Below are positions 52,901 to 64,000 of a DNA stretch of 64,000 bases, piece by piece; within the stretch, counting starts at the first letter, position 1, and the number at the start of each line of letters is the position of its first letter. This stretch comes from Mobula hypostoma (taxonomy: Eukaryota). Below the pieces are notes generated by a model. The model was not told the origin of the DNA. It worked only from the letters and a program-made list of their open reading frames with translations, and did not search any database. The stretch is from NCBI RefSeq assembly GCF_963921235.1, contig NC_086097.1, positions 105,216,001-105,280,000 on the forward strand, in the 5' to 3' direction. The position numbers were made by a program, and so were the translations under genes.

Positions 52901-55189
52901 ATACTTCTTCGCTTTTATTTTTATACTATCCTTGAGTTCCCTTGTCAGCCACAGTTGCCCCTTACTCCCCTTAGAATCTTTCTTCCTCTTTGGAATGAAC
53001 TGATCCTGCACCTGCTGTATTATTCCCAGAAATACCTGCCATTGTTGTTCCACTGTCATCCCTGCTAGGGTATCTTTCCAGTCAACTTTGGCCAGCTCCT
53101 CCCTCATGGCTCCATAGTCCCCCTTGTTCAACTGCAATAATGACAATTCCGATTTTCCCTTCTCCCTCTCAAATTGTAGATTAGAACTTTTCATATTATG
53201 GTCACTACCTCCTAATGGCTCCTTTACCTCGAGTTCCCTTACCAAATTCAATTCATTACACAACACTAAATCCAGAATTGCCTTCTCGCTAGTAGGTTCC
53301 AGTACAAGCTGCTCTAAGAATCCATCTCGGAGGCACTCCACAAACTCCCTTTCTTGGGGTCCAATACCAACCTGATTCTTCCAATCTACCTGCATGTTAA
53401 AATCCCCCATAACAACCGTAGCATTACCTTTGCAACATGCCAATTTTAACTCTTGATTCAACTTGCACCCTATATCCAGGCTACTGTTTGGGGGCCTGTA
53501 GATAACTCCCATTAGGGTCTTTTTGCCCTTACAATTTCTCAGTTCTATCCATACTGACTCTACATCTCCTGATTCTATATTGCTCCTCCCAAGGGACTGA
53601 ATTTCATTCCTCACCAACAGAGCCACCCCACCCCCTCTGCCCACCTATCTGTCCTTTCGATAGGACGTATACCCTTGAATATTCATTTCCCAGCCCTGGT
53701 CCTCTTGCAGCCATGTCTCTGTTATTCCTACAGTATCGTACTTGCCAATTTCCAACTGAGCCTCAAGCTCATCCACTTCATTTCTTATACTTCATGCATT
53801 CATATATAATACTTTTAATCTATTTAAAGTAATATTTTTACTCCCCTCACCTTTCACATTGATTCCTATTGCACTTGCCCATACTCTCCGATCCCTTCCT
53901 GAGCTTTCTGCCCCGTTAATTCTGTTGTCTTTATTAACTTTTCTTATTCTCTCATTCCCTTTAACTCCATCCTTATATTCCCCCCCCCCCCAACTGTTTA
54001 GTTTAAACACACCCGTGTAGCAGTGGCAAACCTGCCTGCCAGAATGCCGGTCCCCCGTCTGTTAAGGTGCAACCCGTCCCCTCTGTACAATTCATCCTTA
54101 CCCCAAAACAGATCCCAGTGGTCCAAGAATCTAAATCCCTGCCTCACGCACCAGCTCCTCGGCCACACATTCAGATCCCCTATCTCCCTGTTCCTGCCCT
54201 CACCAGCATGAGAAACTGGAAGCAAACCGGAGATAACCACCCTGGAGGTCCTGCTTTCCAGCCTTCTTCCGAGTTCTCTGAAGTCACGCTGCAGAATTTC
54301 TTTCCTCCTCTTCCCAATGTCATTTGTGCCAACATGCACTACCACTTCTGGCTGTTCACCTTCACCCTTGAGGATGTCCTGCAATCAGTCCGTGACGTCC
54401 TTGATCCTGGCACCAGGGAGGCAACACACCATCCTTAAATCCCGCCTGTTGCCGCAGAAACCCCTTTCTGTACCTCTCACTACGGAGTCCCCTACTACCA
54501 CGGCTCTGCCTTACGTCTGCCTCCTTGGCTTTGCTTCAGCGCCAATTTTTGACTCGCAGACTTGTCCGCCTCTCAGACTGGCAGTGTCTTCTGTCCCAAC
54601 AGCTTCCAAGAGGGTGAACCTGTTTTCAAGAAGTCTCCTGTACTCCAAGCATCCATCCCTTCCTCATCGTCGCCCCCCTTCTCTCTTCCGGTGTCTTCGG
54701 TGTAACGATCTCGCTGTAGGTCCTGTCCAGAAAACTCTCATTTTCCTAGATGAACCTGAGGTTATCCAGTTGCTTCTCCAGTGCCCCGATACGGTCCTTC
54801 AGGAGCTGAACCTGGACATACTTTTCACAGTTGTAGCAGCCAGAGGCACCATCTGTGTCCCTGACCTCCCATATCATGCATCACACTGAATCAGTTTACC
54901 TGTCATTTCTTCACCACCTCTCACCCTCTCCAAATGTGGCATAGTCTCCTTCCTCAACCTCCTTGCCGAAGACTCTTGAGCAAAAATTGAAAGGCGGGTG
55001 AAAGCCAACTCGTTGAGTTTTGGTGAATGAGCAATTTTATACGAATATATAACCCTGAACTTTACCTGCATTCTGTAAGTCAGCGCATTTTAATTTGATT
55101 TAGCCAAAAAAAATGCCGCTGTAATGCACCGTTTGCGCTAATTGGAGGTCACAAACAGACAGAGCATGAGAGTTTTAGTAGTATATAGA
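49959..55189 (-). mobile_element. Non-autonomous Helitron containing a nested CR1
   Basis: 5' TCTATATACTACTAAAA; 3' small hairpin then CTAG; inserted between A(49958) and T(55190) with no TSD. Repetitive ARLQDQRQ peptide (50251-50592). Confidence 0.7.
50988..55060 (-). mobile_element. Near full-length CR1 (ORF1 esterase + ORF2), frameshifted
   Basis: VVVHVGTNDIG..DGLHLN ORF1; EN/RT fragments; (ATTGTCT)n tail at ~50988. 5' boundary approximate. Confidence 0.85.
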
Positions 55190-56079
55190 TAAAAGGGAAG
55201 GGAGAGTTGATATTGAACGACTGGAAAAGGATGCTGGTGACGTAGTAATGGGAGACAAAGAAATGGCAGATGAACTTAGTAAGTACTTTTGCATCAGTAT
55301 TCACTGTGCAAGACACCAGCAGTGTGCCAGAGGTCCGTGCGTGTCAGGGAGCAGGAGTGAGTGCCATTGCTATTACAAATAAAAAGTGCCAGGCAAACTC
55401 AAAGGTCTTAGGGTGGATAAGTCACCTGGACCAGATAGACTACATCCCAGTCCTGAGAGAGGTTGCTGAAAAGATAATGGATGTATTGGTCATGATATTT
55501 CAAGAATCCCTTGATTCTAGCATGGGAAAAATTGAAAATGGCAGCATTCTTTAAGAAGGGAGGAAGGTAAAAGACAGACTATAGGCCAGTTAGCTTAATC
55601 TCAGGTGGTTCGGAAAGTGTTGGTGTTTATCATTAAGGATGAGGTTTCAGGGTACTTGGAGACTAATGATAAAATAAGTCAAAGTCAGCATGGTTTCCGT
55701 GTAGGAAAACACTGCCTGACAAATCCGTTACAATTCTTTGAGGAAGTAATCAGCAGGGGGGAGAAAGGAGAGGAGGTGGATGTCATTTACTTACATTTTC
55801 AGAAGGCATTTGATAAGGTGCCACACACGAGGCTGCTTAACAAGATAATATCCTATGGCATTACAGGAAATATACTGGCATGGATAGAGGAATAGCTGAC
55901 AGGCAGGAGGCAGCAAGTGGGAATAAAGGGGGCCTTTTCTGGTTGGCTGCCGGTAACTAGTGGTGTTCCTCAGGGGTCAGTATTGGGACCGCTACTTTTC
56001 ACATTGTTTGTCAGTGATTCGGATAATGGAATTGATGACTTTGTGGCAAAGTTTGCCAAAGATAGGTGGAGGGGTAGGT

Positions 56080-56700
56080 AGTCATAGTCATACTTTATTG
56101 ATCCCAGGGAAATTGGTTTTTGTTACAGTTGCACCATAAATAATAAATAGTAATTGAACCATAAGTAGTTAAATAGTAATATGTAAATTATGCCAGCAAA
56201 TTATGAAGTAAGTCCAGGACCAGCCTATTGGCTCAGGGTGTCTGACCCTCCAAGGGAGGAGTTGTAAAGTTTGATGGCCACAGGCAGAAATGACTTCCTA
56301 TGACGCTCTGTGCTGCATCTTGGTGGAATGAGTCTCTGGTGAATGTACACCTGTGCCCAACCAGTACATTATGTAGTGGATGGGAGACATTGTCCAAGAT
56401 GGAATGCAACTTAGACAGCATCCTCTTTTCAGACACCACCATCAGAGAGTCCAGTTCCATCCCCACAACATCACTGGCCTTACGAATGAGTTTGTTGATT
56501 CTGTTGGTGTCTGCTACCCTCAGCCTGCAGCCCCAGCACACAACCAGCAAACATGATAGCACTGGCCACGACAGACTCATAGAACATCCTCAGCATCGTC
56601 CGACAGATGTTAAAGGACCTCAGTCTCCTCAGGAAATAGAGACAGCTCTGACCCTTCTTGTAGACAGCCTCAGTGTTCTTTGACCAGTCCAGTTTGTACT
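56080..56700 (-). mobile_element. Rex/Babar LINE 3' end nested in CR1
   Basis: KKGQSCLYFLRRLRSFNICRTMLRMFYESVVAS; (TATGAC)n tail. Confidence 0.8.
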
Positions 56701-57589
56701 CAGTCCAGTCCAGTACTGAGGAAGCAATGTGATTGCAGCAGGAATGCAGTGTTGGGAAATGTATGATAATGCATTTTGGTAAAAGAGACAATAGTGCAGA
56801 CTATTATCTAAATGGGGAGAAAATTCAAACATCAGATGTGCAGTTGGTCATGCGAGACTCCCAGAAGGTAAATTTACAGGTTGAGTCTGTGGTAAAGAAG
56901 GCAAATGCAATGCTGCCACTTATATCAAGGGAATAGAATATAAACTCTAGGAGATAATGCTGAGGCTTTATAGGACACTAGTCATGCCACAATTGGAGTA
57001 TTGTCAACTGTTTTGGGCCCCTTCCCTCAGAAAAGATGTATTGTCATTGGAGAGAGTCCAGAGGAGGTTGACGAGGATGATTCTGGGAATGAAGGGGTTA
57101 ACGTACAAGGAGTATTTGGCAGCTTTGGACTGGAACTCACTGGAATTTAGAAGAATGCGGGGGTGGGATTGCATTGAAACCTAATGAATGTTGAAAGGAC
57201 TTGCTTACAGGAATGTGGTGGAGGTATCCAGAACTAGAGACCATAGCCGAAAAATTATGTGGCGACTCTTTAGAACAGATGTAAGGACAATTTTTTTTAG
57301 CCAAAGAACGGTGAATCTGTGGTTGAGGCCAAATCCGCAGGTATATTAAAAGCGAAAGTTGGTAGATTCCTGATTGGTCGGAGCATCAAGGGATATGGTT
57401 GATAGACAGGTATATGAGGTTGAATGGGATTCATGATAAATGGCAGAGCGAACTTGATAGGCTGAATACCCTATTTCGACTCCTATGTCTTATGTCTTGA
57501 TACTTCCCCCTTCCATCTTTCTATGGTCTTCTGCCCTCTCCTATCAGATTCCCCTTTCTCTAGCCTTTTATCTCTTTCACCAATCAACT

Positions 57590-60500
57590 GCGAGAGTGGG
57601 CCAGTGAAAGAGTGGAGCTTTGAGGCTTTGACGAGAAGAGGCGGAGGACAAGCTAGCTCACAGTTAGTTTTTACAATGTCTCCTGACATGGTGATGTGCC
57701 TCTCATGTGAGATGTGGCAGTCTTGGGGGAACGCCCCTATCCTGCAGAGTTACATCTGCCAGAAGTGCATGCGGCTGGGCGATCTGGAAGACCGTGTAAG
57801 GAATCTGGAGCAGCAGCTGGATGACCTTCGACTCATAAGGGAGAATGAGGCAGTCATAGATGAGAGCTACAGGGAGGTAGTCACACCAAGGCTGCTGGAA
57901 GCAGGTCGTTGGGTGACATCAGACAGGTAGTGCAGAGCACCCCTGTAGCCATTCCCCTGAATAATAAGTTTACCGTCCTGGATACTGTCGGCGGGGACGA
58001 CCGACCAGGTGTGAGCCATGGTGGCAGGGCTTCCGGCACTGAGTCTGACCCTGTGGTGCAGAAGGGTGGGTTGGAGAAGAGGAGAGTTGTCGTCATTGGA
58101 GACTCTATAGTTAGGGGAGCAGACAGGAGATTTTGTGGACCTGAGAAGGACACCCGCATGGTTTGTTGCCTCCCGGGTGCCAGGGTCCGGGATGTCTCTG
58201 ACCGGGTGCACGACATCCTGGTACGAGAGGGAAAGCAACCAGAAGTCGTGAGGCATGTTGTCACCAACGACGTAGGCAGGAAGAGGGATGAGGTCCTGAA
58301 ATGTGAGTTTTGGGAATTAGGCAGAAGGCTGAAGAACAGGACCTCAAGGGTAACGTTCTCAGGATTGCTGCCAGTGCTATGTGACAGAGATGGTAAGAAT
58401 TGCAGTTGAATGCATGGCTGAGGAGTTGGTGCAGGGAGCAGGGTTTTAGATTTTCAGATCATTGGGATTTCTTCTGGGGAAGGTGGGACCTGTACAGATT
58501 GGATGGGTTGCACCTGCACTCCAGGGGGAGCAATATCCTTGCAGGTAGGTTTGCTAGCATGGTTCGGGAGGGTTTAAACTAATTTGCGAGGGGGATGGGA
58601 CCCAGAGCGATAGAGCAGTGAAAGAAGCACATGGAGTAAAGCCAGATCTAACATACAGAGAGGCTTTGAGGAAAGAGAAGCAGAATAAACGGTGTAAAGA
58701 CAGTAAGGTAGAAGGGCTGAAATGTGTGTACCTTAATGCGAGAAGCATCAGGAACAAAGGTGATGAACTGAGAGCTTGGATACATACATGGAATTATGAT
58801 GTAGTGGCCATTCCAGAGACTTGGCTGGCACCAGGGCAGGAATGGATTCTCAATATTCCTGGATTTTAGTGCTTTAAAAGGGATAGAGAGGGTGGAAAAA
58901 GGGGAGGAGGGCTGGCATTACTGGTCAGGGATACTATTACAGCTACAGAAAGGGTGGGTAATGTAGCAGGATCCTCTTTTGAGTCAATATGGGTGGAAGT
59001 CAGGAACAGGAAGGGAGCAGTTACTCTATTAGGGTATTCTATAGGACCCCTGGTAGCAGCAGAGATACAGAGGAGCAGATTGGGAGGCAGATTTTGGAAA
59101 GGTGCAAAAATAACAGGGTTGTTATCATGGGTGACTTTAACTTCCCTAATATTGATTGGCACCTGATTAGTTCCAAGGGTTTAGATGGGGCAGAATTTGT
59201 TAAGTGTGTCCAGGATGGATTTCTGTCACAGTATGTGGACAGGCCGACCAGAGGGAATGCCATACTAGATCTAGTACTAGGTAATGAACCGGGTCAGGTC
59301 ACAGATCTCTCAGTGGGTGAGCATCTGGGAGACAGTGACCACCGCTCCCTGGCCTTTATAATTATCATGGAAAAGGATAGAATCAAAGAGGACATGAAAA
59401 TTTTTAATTGGGGAAAGGCAAATTATGAGGCTATAAGGCTAGAACTTACGGGTGTGAATTGGGATGATGTTTTTGCAGGGAAATGTACTATGGACATGTG
59501 GTCGATGTTTAGAGATCTCTTGCGGTATGGTATGTAAGGGATAAATTTGTCCCGGTGAGGAAGATAAAGAATGGTAGGGTGAAGGAACCATGGGTGACAA
59601 GTGAGGTGGAAAATCTAGTCAGGAGGAAGACGGCAGCATACATGAGGTTTAGGAAGTAAGGATCAGATGGGTCTATTGAGGAATATAGGGAAGCAAGAAA
59701 GGAGCTTAAGAAGGGGGCATGAGAAGGCCTTGGCGAGTAGGGTAAAGGAAAACCCCAAAGCATTCTTCAATTATGTGAAGAACAAAAGGATGACAGGAGT
59801 GAAGGTAGGACCGATTAGAGATAAAGGTGGGAAGATGTGCCTGGAGGCTGTGCAAGTGAGCGAGGTCCTCAATGAATACTTCTCTTCGGTATTCACCAAT
59901 GAGAGGGAACTTGATGATGGTGAAGACAATATGAGTGAGGTTGATGTTCTGGAGCATGCTGATATTAAGGGAGAGGAGGTGTTGGAGTTGTTAAAATACA
60001 TTAGGACAGATAAGTCCCCAGGGCCTGACGGAATATTCCCCAGGCTGCTCCACGAGGCGAGAGAAGAGATTGCTGAGCCTCTGGCTAGAATCTTTATGTC
60101 CTCGTTGTCCACAGGAATGGTACCGGAGGATTGGAGGGAGGCGAATGTTTTGTTCCCTTGTTCAAAAAAGGTAGTAGGGATAGTCCGGGTAATTATAGAT
60201 CAGTGAGCCTTACGTCTGTGGTGGGAAAGCTGTTGGAAAAGATTCTTAGAGATAGGATCTATAGGCATTTAGAGAATCATGGTCTGATCAGGGACAGTCA
60301 GCATGGCTTTGTGAAGGGCAGATCGTGTCTAACAAGCCTGATGGAGTTCTTTGAGGAGGTGACCAGGCATATAGATGAGGATAGTGCAGCAGATGTGATC
60401 TATATGGATTTTAGTAAGGCATTTGACAAGGTTCCACACGGTAGGCTTATTCAGAAAGTTAGAAGGCATGGGATCCAGGGAAGTTTGGCCAGGTGGATTC

Positions 60501-61556
60501 AGAATTGGCTTGCCTGCAGAAGGCAGAGGGTGGTGGTGGAGGGAGTACATTCAGATTGGAGGTTTGTGACTGGTGGTGTCCCACAAGGATCTGTTCTGGG
60601 ACATCTACCTTTCGTGATTTTTATTAACAACCTGGATGTTGGGGTAGAAAGGTGGGTTGGCAAGTTTGCAGACGACACAGAGGTTGGTGGTGTTGTAGAT
60701 AGTGTAGAGGATTGTCAAAGTTTGCAGAGAGACATTGATAGGATGCAGAAGTGGGCTGAGAAGTGGCAGATGGAGTTCAACCCGGAGAAGTGTGAGGTGG
60801 TACACTTTGTGAGGACAAACTCCAAGGCAGAGTACAAAGTAAATGGCAGGCTACTTGGTAGTGTGGAGGAGCAGAGGGATCTCGGGGTACACGTCCACAG
60901 ATCCCTGAAAGTTGCCTCACAGGTGGATAGGGTAGTTAAGAAAGCTTATGGGGTGTTAGCTTTCATAAGTTGAGGGATAGAGTTTAAGAGTTGCGATGTA
61001 ATGATGCAGCTCTATAAAACTCTGGTTAGGCCACACTTGGAGTATTGTGTCCAGTTCTGGTCATCTCACTATAGGAAGGATGTGGAAGCATTGGAAAAGG
61101 TACAGAGGAGATTTACCAGGATGCTGTCTGGTTTAGAAAGTATGCATTATGATCAGAGATTAAGGGAGCTAGGGCTTTACTCTTTGGAGAGGAGGATGAT
61201 GAGAGGAGACATGAAGAGGTGTACAAGATAATAAGAGGAATAGATAGAGTGGATAGCCAGCACCTCTTCCCCAGGGCACCACTGATCAATAGAAGAGGAC
61301 ATGGCTTTAAGGTAAGGGGTGGGAAGTTCAAGGGGGATATTAGAGGAAGATTTTTTACTCAGAGAGTGGTTGGTGCGTGGAATGCACTGCCTGAGTCAGT
61401 GGTGGAGGCAGATACACTAGTGAAGTTTAAGAGACTACTAGACAGGTATATGGAGGAATCTAAGGTGGGGGCTTACATGGGAGGCAGGGTTTGAGGGTCG
61501 GCACAACATTATGGGCCGAAGGGCCTGTACTGTGCTGTACTATTCTATGTTCTATG
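57590..61556 (+). mobile_element. Near full-length CR1 (ORF1 zinc finger/leucine zipper/SGNH esterase; ORF2 EN-RT), inactivated
   Basis: CLSC..CQKC..LEDRVRNLEQQL; VIGDSIVRG; DGLHL; FADD; several stops and frameshifts. Confidence 0.92.
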
Positions 61557-61789
61557 TTACTTCCCAGACCTTCACTACACCCCCTTACCTGGTTTCACCT
61601 ATCTCCTGCCATCTTGAACTTTTTAATCCACTTCCCCGTAATTTCTTATTCTGATTCTGCTCCTTCCTTTCCAGTCGGATGAAGGACCTCAACCTGAAAC
61701 ATCAACTGCTTACATAGATGCAGGTTTCCTCCAGCGTTTTGTGTGTGATGCTTTGGATTTCGGCATCTGCAGATTTTTTACATCTATGC

Positions 61790-62450
61790 AAATCTCTGCA
61801 GCACCTGGGGACCCTGTGATCTCTGTCTCAGAGGCCACCGTCTTTCAAGAGGGTGAACCCTCGCAAGGCCCGGATGGTGTACCTGGTCGGGCAATGAAAT
61901 CCTGTGCCAATCAACTGGCAGGAGTGTTGCAGGATATCTTCAATCTCTCACTGCTGCAGTCAGAGGTGGGACATCTGCTTCAAAAAGGTGCCCAACAGCA
62001 GGGTGTGCTTCCTCAAAGACAACTGGCAGGAGTGTTGCAGGATATCTTCAATCTTTGACTGCTGCAGTCAGAGGTGGAACATCTGCTTCAAAAAGGTGCC
62101 CAACAGCAGGGTGTGCTTCCTCAAAGACAACTGGACAGTTGCACTCACATCTACTGAATGAAGTGCTTTGAGAGGTTGGTCACAGCCAGAATCAACTCCT
62201 AATGTTCTGGAGCTGCTGCAATTCGCCTGTCACCACAATAAGTCTACAGTGGATGCAATCTCACCGGCTCTGTACTTGGCCTTGGATCATCTGGACAATA
62301 GCAATACCTCAGGCTGCTGTTTATTGACTGCAGCTCAACATCTAACACCATCATACTTCAGTTCTAATCAACAAGCTCCAAAACTTGGGTCTCTATACAT
62401 TTCTTGACTTCCTCACCTGAGACTACAGTCAGTGTAGATCAGAAATAACT
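61790..62450 (+). mobile_element. Rex/Babar remnant with a 108-bp tandem duplication
   Basis: GPDGVPGR..CANQLAGVLQDIFNLSL; unit starts at 61912 and 62020. Confidence 0.7.
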
Positions 62451-62459
62451 CCGAAAGTA

Positions 62460-64000
62460 CTCTAAATCTACATCCTAACAATATCTTCCCAACCACTGAG
62501 GTCAGACTAAATGGCCTATGATTTATTTTCACAAACAAGAGAAAATCTGCAGATGCTGGAAATCTAAGTAAACACTGCAAAATGCTGGAGGAACTCAGCA
62601 AGTCAGGCAGTATCAATGGAAAAGAGTAAACAGTTGATGTTTTTGGGCTGAGACCCTTCAGCAGGACCTACCTCAGGACTCTTCCTGAAGGGTCTCAGCC
62701 TGAAATATTGACTGTACTCTTTTCCATAGATGCTGCCTGGCCTGCCGAGTTCTTCCAGCATTTTGCACTTGTTGCTATAATTTCTTTTCTTCCGCTTCTC
62801 TCCTTTCTTGAAGAGTGAAGCAACATTTGCAAATTTTCTTTCCTCTGGAATCAAGCCAGAATCTATTGATTCTTGAAAGATCATTACTGATGCCTTCACA
62901 ATCTCCTTATCATCACTTTCAGAACCCTGGGGTGTACACCATCTGGTTCAGGTGATTTAACTACCTTCAGGCCTTTCAGTTTCTCCAGCACTTTCTCGCT
63001 AGCAATGGCAACTTCACTCACTTCTGCCCCATAGCACTCTTGAACTTGCAGCATACTGCTAATGCCTTCCACAGTGAAGACTGAAGCAAAATACTTCTTC
63101 AGTTCATCCTTCATTTCCTTGTCCCCCATTACCACCTCTCCAGCATCATTTTCCAGTGTCTGATATCTACTCTCGCCCCTCTTTTACACTTCATATATTT
63201 GAAAAAACTTTTGGTATCTTTCTTAATATTATTAGCTAGCTTACCTTCGTATTGCATCTTTTCCCTTCTTTGTCTTTTTTAGTTGCCTTCTGTTGGCTTT
63301 TAAAAGCTTCCGAATCCTGACTTCCCATGATTTTTTGCTCCATTATATGCCCTCTCTTTGGCTTTTAAGTTGGCTTGGACTGCCTTTGTCAGTCGCGGTT
63401 GTGTCATCCTGCCCATAGACTACTACTACTTCTTTGGGATGTATCTATCCTGTGCCTTCCGCATTGCTCATCTACTGTCATCCCTACGAGTGTCCCCATC
63501 CAGTCAACTTTGGCCAGCTTATCCCTCATCTTTGTAATTCTCTTGACACCACTGTAATACTGATACACCTGACTTTAGCTTCTACTTCTCCATTTACAGA
63601 GTGAATTCTATCATATTATGATCACTGTTCCTTTACCTTGAGGTCTCTAATCTATTTTGGTTCTTTACACAACACCCAGTCCAGAATAGCTGATCCCTTA
63701 GTGGACTAAGCCACAAGCTGATCTAAAAAGCTGTTTCATAAGCATTCTACAAAACTCCCCTCTCCCCCGGAATCCAGCACCAACTTGATTTTCCCAATCT
63801 ACCTGCATATCGTAACACTGCCCTTTTGACATGCATTTTCTACCTCGGAGGTCTGTATTTCACTTCCATCAGGGACTTTATATTCTTGCAGTTTCTTGGC
63901 TCTAGCCACAACGGTTCTATTCTTTCTGATCATATGTCATCTCTTTCTGATGATTTAATTTCAGTTTTTACCAACACAGCCAACCCACCCCCTCTGCCTA
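62460..64000 (-). mobile_element. Degraded CR1 interrupted by an imperfect Penelope pLTR palindrome (~62530-62775)
   Basis: MKDELKKYFASVFT..KSPEPDGVHPRVLK; inverted pLTR arms centred near 62670. Confidence 0.75.

Larger units (their letters stand above)
49060..57495 (+). mobile_element. Degraded CR1 ORF2 (49060-49958, resuming 55190-57495) split by SINE, Helitron and Rex/Babar insertions
   Basis: EN FNMQGDWENQV..QERELVE; sequence rejoins as tataaggaa|taaaaggg; RT fragments follow. Confidence 0.75.

Noticed and set aside
46730..64000. ZNF106 non-coding first exon or CpG-island promoter
   Set aside because: The region is almost entirely TE-derived and no CpG island is evident; the promoter is probably beyond the window.

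Overview
Vertebrate genomic DNA, not prokaryotic. The CR1/Penelope/Rex-Babar/V-SINE repeat landscape suggests a cartilaginous fish (inference). The window holds the 5' half of ZNF106 on the minus strand: five coding exons with GT-AG junctions in consistent phase (46645-46698, 44157-44218, 33586-33786, 8716-10875, 6244-6904). The remaining exons lie beyond position 1. The introns are mostly transposable elements: several CR1 LINEs (one with an uninterrupted EN-RT frame), Penelope remnants with hammerhead motifs, Rex/Babar, L1, an RTE-derived element, hAT-Charlie, Tigger, Tc1, a Helitron and a Gypsy element. Most notable: (1) the Gypsy element has its RNaseH/integrase region replaced by an intronless myosin heavy-chain (MYH16-like) rod sequence fused into pol; (2) an HDV-like ribozyme fold lies on the ZNF106 sense strand just upstream of the large exon; (3) a perfect 93-bp palindrome carries a minimal hammerhead; (4) an alternative 'MPV...' N-terminus of ZNF106 appears conserved with human; (5) a 5'-only L1 fragment is flanked by a 16-bp TSD. 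Family assignments rest on motif recognition from memory, not database searches.
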